Virus record (IMG/VR): IMGVR_UViG_3300044833_000038
Coordinates: 1 to 60,290 of that record
From: a virus
Taxonomy: Duplodnaviria > Caudoviricetes
Length of the DNA: 60,290 nt
Strand: one strand, 5' to 3'
In this document: positions 55,786-60,290 of the stretch, in pieces
Layout of the letters: every line of letters starts with the position of its first letter
Position numbering within the stretch: the stretch's first letter is position 1
Notes under the pieces: generated by a model
Told to the model about the DNA's origin: nothing
Database searches by the model: none
What the model saw: the letters and a program-made list of their open reading frames with translations, nothing else
Program-made: the position numbers and the translations under genes

Positions 55786-56886
55786 CTAGACGGGTAGTGC
55801 GTCGATGATCTGGATGGCCTTCTGCACACCGGTCAAGCCGCCGAACGCCGGTGTGTCGTTGTAGTGCTGGTGAGCGTTAGTGATCACGAATTGTAGTGCG
55901 GCGATGAGTGTTTGGATGATGGCCGGAATGTTCAGTAGCATCGCCACCAGATTGACCGGTCCTGTGGTTTGCGTCGTCGGCCCCGACGTGACAAGCCCGA
56001 GCAGCCCCGACAACAGGCCCGCACCCGGCAGCGCGCTCGTCACCGTCCCGAGCAGCTGACCGCCAACTGACGACAACAGCAGCTGGAACAGGTACATGAT
56101 GAAGTCGGCGTTGGTGTCCATCCGGGTGAGAATGTCGTACAGGAACGGCAGCAAACCCACTGCGCATGGGTACATGTCGCCGTCGAGCACGAAGTCGTAG
56201 GTGACTGGCCACGCCCACTGCGGGGTGTACACACCGGAGATACCGGCGCCCGGCGGATTGTTCCCCAGCAGAGTTGGTCCGGGGCGGCGCCCGGGCGATC
56301 CGAATGTGATGACGCACGCGATCTCGGATTGCCGATCCGCTGGCCATTGCAGCAGTGCTCGGGTGACGACGTCGGCGCCCTGGCTGTAGCCGATCAACAC
56401 TTTGCGGCGCCGATCAGGGAGCGCCAGGCGTAGCAGCTCAGCGGTGCCCCCGTCGCGGGACATGTTGTAGGACACGGTCGGGTCCGGGGTGAGGAAACCT
56501 TCCGCCAGATAGCCGACGCCCTGCCACTGGAAACGCTTCTGGTCGACATTCCAGGCAGTCCAGGTGGGCGGCGCGGGGTCTGCCCACCCGGCCCACGTGC
56601 CCGCGACGGTGTAGTCGACAGTCGACGGTATGACCGGCGGTGCGACGACGACGCCCATGCGGACTTCGGTGGCATAGTTCGCGATCCCCGTCGCCGGGAA
56701 GCCCACACGCTTCTGAAACTCGGAGACAGCATCGGCGGTCGCTTGGTCGTATACACCAGACTCCTTCACCCCGAGCGGGATGCTGTACGACCCATACGCG
56801 GTGACGAGGCGGTGCTGAATCTTGGTGACTGTGGGAGCTGCGTCACCGAGCCCGAAACCTATCCATTTGCCGTTGATATCATGCAT
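55786..56886 (-). CDS. lysB: Lysin B (peptidoglycan-binding domain + cutinase-like hydrolase)
   Basis: GVYD..T..AV..FQ; GYSQGA; FGSP; GDMY. Confidence 0.88.
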   Translation of the reverse strand: MHDINGKWIGFGLGDAAPTVTKIQHRLVTAYGSYSIPLGVKESGVYDQATADAVSEFQKRVGFPATGIANYATEVRMGVVVAPPVIPSTVDYTVAGTWAGWADPAPPTWTAWNVDQKRFQWQGVGYLAEGFLTPDPTVSYNMSRDGGTAELLRLALPDRRRKVLIGYSQGADVVTRALLQWPADRQSEIACVITFGSPGRRPGPTLLGNNPPGAGISGVYTPQWAWPVTYDFVLDGDMYPCAVGLLPFLYDILTRMDTNADFIMYLFQLLLSSVGGQLLGTVTSALPGAGLLSGLLGLVTSGPTTQTTGPVNLVAMLLNIPAIIQTLIAALQFVITNAHQHYNDTPAFGGLTGVQKAIQIIDALPV

Positions 56887-57577
56887 TTACAGCTGCCTTT
56901 CGATTGCGACGCCACTCGTTGAGCTTGTCTCTCCGGCAAATACGGCAGGTTCGGCCTCTGCCATTCGGTGGGCGATACGTGTTTTCTGGTGTGAACTCGT
57001 GGCCTTGCGGACAGTGCGTGGCTAGTGTGCGGTGCGTGGCTAGTGTGCGGCCCTTGCGGTTACGCGCCTTGAATGCGCGGCTCGATGCGTTTTGGCAGAT
57101 TCGGCAGTAGCGGTACTGATAGCCGCGATAGGTATAGAGGCGCGTGTTCCCTGGTGTGTATTCGTGACCGCTCGGGCACTGGGTCTTTTTGGCTTGGCCG
57201 TGGGTTCCGAGGCGAAGTAGGTCTCTGTTGTTTCCGCCGTAGGTGTCCCAGCGCAGATTGCTGATGTGGTTATTGAGCGGGTTGTCGTCGTTGTGGCAGC
57301 CCACCAGTCCGTTGGGGCGTGGGCCGACGAACGCTTCTAGCTCGAGGATCTGTACAAGGGCTCTCCGCTGATGTGTGCCGTCCTTCAGGCCGACGCATAA
57401 ATAGCCGTTCTTCGGGTTCGTCCACGGCTTGAGAACGCGGCCTTTGGCGAATCGTGATCGACCACCCGCGAGAGTGATGGTCCGATCTAATGATCGAACA
57501 TGCCCATGGTCGGAAACTTCATACACAGCCTCGAAGCCGACAACGGGTAGCCAATATTCCTCAGGCGTAGCATCCAC
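56879..57577 (-). CDS. NUMOD4-HNH homing endonuclease between lysin A and lysin B
   Basis: YEVSDHGHVRS; CHNDDNPLNNHISNLRW; two CxxGH..TP.NT..CRIC repeats. Confidence 0.9.
   Translation of the reverse strand: MDATPEEYWLPVVGFEAVYEVSDHGHVRSLDRTITLAGGRSRFAKGRVLKPWTNPKNGYLCVGLKDGTHQRRALVQILELEAFVGPRPNGLVGCHNDDNPLNNHISNLRWDTYGGNNRDLLRLGTHGQAKKTQCPSGHEYTPGNTRLYTYRGYQYRYCRICQNASSRAFKARNRKGRTLATHRTLATHCPQGHEFTPENTYRPPNGRGRTCRICRRDKLNEWRRNRKAAVNA
57014..57049. repeat. Exact 18-nt tandem duplication (RTLATH x2)
   Basis: GTGCGTGGCTAGTGTGCG twice. Confidence 0.9.
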
Positions 57578-57666
57578 TGCTAGCTGTGCCCTCCTATTCT
57601 GCTGATACCAGATGGGTGGGTCAGGGGCCGTTCGGTGTTGATAGCACCAGCGGCCCCGTCTATATC

Positions 57667-58992
57667 TTACGTGCTAGCGGCCGGGATCTTGGCTAGGACC
57701 AGAGCGGCGATAGAGTCGCCGGCCGCCGCAGCGGTCTTGACCAATGCGACGCAGGACGGCTCGCCCATCAACGCCAACCGTTCGACGTTGACCTCATGCA
57801 ACCGGGCATCAGTGAAGTTGATGAAGTCCTTCGTCATGTACAGACCACCCTGTGTGGCGTACCGGGATTCAGAGGGGACCGCGTTGAACAGCGCACCCCA
57901 GATCTGTTCGATCATGGCGTCGGTAGTCGGCGGTGGTTGTGGGAATTGCGGTGGTTGAGGCACATTGGGTCCTGGGGGTGTAGGTGATGGTGCGGGTGTA
58001 GGTGCTGCGTACTTGTTGACAGCGGCGGCGAATACGTCCCATGGGAAGTTGTTTCCGACGTCGACGTGGGTGCCGTCGCCGAGGATCTTGGTCACGTAGT
58101 AATGGTCACTAATTCCGGGAGTTCCCGTATTGTACGGTGGCGGAACAACATTGGTGCCGATGCCGTACTTTTTGCAATCCTGGACGGCGAGGTAGGCGGC
58201 GACGTCGATGGCGTTGGCCTGCCCCATCCACTGCGCGCGCGTCCAGTTGACCGACGAGCCTGCGAAGCACAGGTTGATCGACCGGTCATTCGCAGACAGC
58301 ACCGACCAGGATGCTTGGGCGGTGGGAACAACGTCGACCACGGTCACGCCGCCATCTGATGCTTGGCTGATGGAGTAGTGGTATGACACTTGGCTTGCCG
58401 GGTTGTCGAGGAAGTTGGCCAGATCCTCAGCTGCAGAATTACCGCCGCCACCTTCTTGTGTGTGCAGAAGGAAGAGGTCGATCTTTGTGCCTGCGCGGTC
58501 CTGCGCATTGGGCGACCACTTCGCGAACTCGTTGTAGGCCGGGCGGTTCGGGTCTGTCACGGGCTGCGCTCCTGTTGCGAACTGGTCATAGAGCTGGCTT
58601 GCTTGGGCGGTGTGGCTTTTAATCTCGGTCAGGTATGCCTGACGGCCGTTGGCGTACGCGTTGTCCGCCGACGTCTCGCCGGGGCGCTGCTGCAGCCAGA
58701 AGATGTTGAGCCAGATGTCGGGTGATGCACCAGCACTGGCGCGCTTGGCGTCGAGCCGGTCGAGGAACCCCATGATCTGCGTGTTCGCGTTGTTGCGGCC
58801 GGGGTAGCCACCGTCTTGCTGATAGATGCCGACGTGGCCGGTGGGGTCGACGATGGTTGGGCTCAGTCCCGACTCTTGAATGCCGGTCGATACGCACGCG
58901 ATGCTGCCGATGGGCGTGTAGCCGCGGCGCTGAGTCTCGCCAATGATCGCCTGGGCGACGTCGTTGAAACTGGAACTGTTGCTTAGTATCAC
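57667..58992 (-). CDS. lysA: Lysin A (lysozyme-like N-terminus + amidase-2 + C-terminal domain)
   Basis: IQESGL..GIYQQ; LLHTQEG, SYHY, SINLCFAG, HVDVG.NFPWD. Confidence 0.9.
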   Translation of the reverse strand: MILSNSSSFNDVAQAIIGETQRRGYTPIGSIACVSTGIQESGLSPTIVDPTGHVGIYQQDGGYPGRNNANTQIMGFLDRLDAKRASAGASPDIWLNIFWLQQRPGETSADNAYANGRQAYLTEIKSHTAQASQLYDQFATGAQPVTDPNRPAYNEFAKWSPNAQDRAGTKIDLFLLHTQEGGGGNSAAEDLANFLDNPASQVSYHYSISQASDGGVTVVDVVPTAQASWSVLSANDRSINLCFAGSSVNWTRAQWMGQANAIDVAAYLAVQDCKKYGIGTNVVPPPYNTGTPGISDHYYVTKILGDGTHVDVGNNFPWDVFAAAVNKYAAPTPAPSPTPPGPNVPQPPQFPQPPPTTDAMIEQIWGALFNAVPSESRYATQGGLYMTKDFINFTDARLHEVNVERLALMGEPSCVALVKTAAAAGDSIAALVLAKIPAAST

Positions 58993-59010
58993 GAGGTCCT
59001 TCCGGCGTGA

Positions 59011-59050
59011 AGCAGCCCCGCGCCAAGGGATCGCCTCGGGCGGGGCTGCT
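59011..59050 (-). terminator. Hairpin upstream of lysin A
   Basis: AGCAGCCCCGC..GCGGGGCTGCT. Confidence 0.55.
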
Positions 59051-59062
59051 AGTCGATGTCGC

Positions 59063-59386
59063 CTACGGTGCCGGGGCGGGCGGTGTGGGGCCGGTTGGTA
59101 GCGCGCCGATTCCCGCGGTGACCGCTGAGACAGCGTTCGACAGGTCGGTTAGCGTCTGCGGGTTCAGCGGTGTGCCTGCAGTAACCTCGGCGGCCAGCTT
59201 GTCGAACGCTGTCTGCAGGTTCGTGGATGTGGTGGTCAGTGTGGCAACATCCGTGGTGAGGATGGTTACCTCTGCTTCAATGGCTGCGTCTTCGGACATG
59301 AGCTTTGTGATTCCTTTCTGAACCTGCTGCATCTGCACCAGGAGTTGAGTGGCCCACGCGGGTGTGGGTCGTCTGAAAATGCCCAT
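59063..59386 (-). CDS. Coiled-coil hypothetical protein
   Basis: TGATG coupling; heptad pattern. Confidence 0.6.
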   Translation of the reverse strand: MGIFRRPTPAWATQLLVQMQQVQKGITKLMSEDAAIEAEVTILTTDVATLTTTSTNLQTAFDKLAAEVTAGTPLNPQTLTDLSNAVSAVTAGIGALPTGPTPPAPAP

Positions 59387-59886
59387 CAGGCTTTGCCTTT
59401 CGGGTCTTCCGCGGTGAGTCCGCGGACGTACTGTGATCCCTCCCAGTCCGAATGTGAAACAGCGTGCGCCCCACCAGCATTCGTGCGGTGATGGAAAACG
59501 CAGAGCCAGCGGAAGTTCTGCTCCGACTCCACCCACGCACCTACCTCAGCCGGGTTGGAGATGCCGGGATAGTCCTTCTCCAACGCTTCTAGGCTGATGC
59601 CTTGCTGGAGCGCGAATTCGATGTGCGCGTGGTGTAGCTCCATGCCAGACATCTGCCCGTCAGCGTCGATGACGCACGGGTTGCCTTGCGCGTCGCGGCA
59701 GTCTTGGAAGCCGACGCGTTCCCCGGTGTAGCAGCGGGCGGTGGGCCGGGTTTTGCGGTGGTAGTGGTTGAAGTCGACGTAGTGCGGGTCGCTGGTGCGG
59801 GCCGGATGGGGTGGGAAGTGGACGACGTAGGCGTGGGATGTCTTCTGGTCGTGGGCGGCCACCTGGGCCGCGTCGTCGTCGGCCAT
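59386..59886 (-). CDS. His-rich HNH-like protein
   Basis: C..C..ELHH..NFRWLCVFHHR..GAH. Confidence 0.55.
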   Translation of the reverse strand: MADDDAAQVAAHDQKTSHAYVVHFPPHPARTSDPHYVDFNHYHRKTRPTARCYTGERVGFQDCRDAQGNPCVIDADGQMSGMELHHAHIEFALQQGISLEALEKDYPGISNPAEVGAWVESEQNFRWLCVFHHRTNAGGAHAVSHSDWEGSQYVRGLTAEDPKGKA

Positions 59887-59972
59887 CACCTGATGTCCGC
59901 ATTCGGCCAGATAAGTCCCAGCCACAGGGCAATGTTGCTGATCATCGCCACCAGTAGCAGATCCACGGTCAC
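59886..59972 (-). CDS. 28-aa hydrophobic peptide
   Basis: MTVDLLLVAMISNIALWLGLIWPNADIR; coupled at both ends. Confidence 0.45.
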   Translation of the reverse strand: MTVDLLLVAMISNIALWLGLIWPNADIR

Positions 59973-60082
59973 CACACCGCCAGCCGACCGTCAGCCAACT
60001 CCAAAATGACATGTCCGCCGATGGTGATGGCGGCGGCGAGTAGGACCGCGCCGACGGCGACACCGAAACAGAAGCCGGTCAT
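59969..60082 (-). CDS. 37-aa hydrophobic peptide
   Basis: MTGFCFGVAVGAVLLAAAITIGG..; coupled at both ends. Confidence 0.45.
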   Translation of the reverse strand: MTGFCFGVAVGAVLLAAAITIGGHVILELADGRLAVW

Positions 60083-60290
60083 CAGACGTAAACCCATTCG
60101 ATGCGCACATACCCCGGCCCGCCAGCACCGCCAGCACCGGAGTTGTTGCCGTTCAACGATGCGCCGCCGCCGCCGCCGCCAGCGCCGTAGCCGAGTGGGG
60201 TTGCGCCGGCTTGGGGGGCACCGGATACAGTTGCGGCACCGCCGCCGCCACCAGCGCCCGGGTTTCCCGCCACGGCGGTACCCGCACCCG
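60082..60290. repeat. Terminal overlap, copy 2
   Basis: Repeats 1-206 with one extra GCC. Confidence 0.95.

Noticed and set aside
41631-57577. Diversity-generating retroelement or retron suggested by the duplicated HNH and RHH genes
   Set aside because: No reverse transcriptase and no adenine-specific repeat pair; the duplicates are diverged paralogues.

Overview
The window is an essentially complete, circularly permuted genome (about 60,081 bp plus a ~206-209 nt end overlap) of a high-GC temperate siphovirus, most likely infecting Mycobacterium (lysin B, WhiB, tRNA-type attP). Virion genes run on the minus strand: terminase, portal, MuF-like protein, scaffold, decoration protein, lambda gpE-like capsid, tail genes with a -1 frameshift chaperone, tape measure and many minor tail proteins. 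These continue across the contig junction into the lysis cassette. The early/replication region (31.9-48.9 kb) is also on the minus strand. The repressor, integrase and accessory genes (49-53.9 kb) are on the plus strand. The most striking feature is a 326-aa intein in the MuF-like gene (23847-24824) that has no recognisable endonuclease in its own frame. Instead it fully contains, on the opposite strand, a 299-aa HTH + Vsr/DUF559-like endonuclease gene, with a candidate extended -10 promoter and Shine-Dalgarno written into the intein C-terminal splicing codons. attP is intact and lies inside the 3' end of the repressor gene (integration-dependent immunity layout). All calls come from reading the sequence and motifs; no database searches were run.
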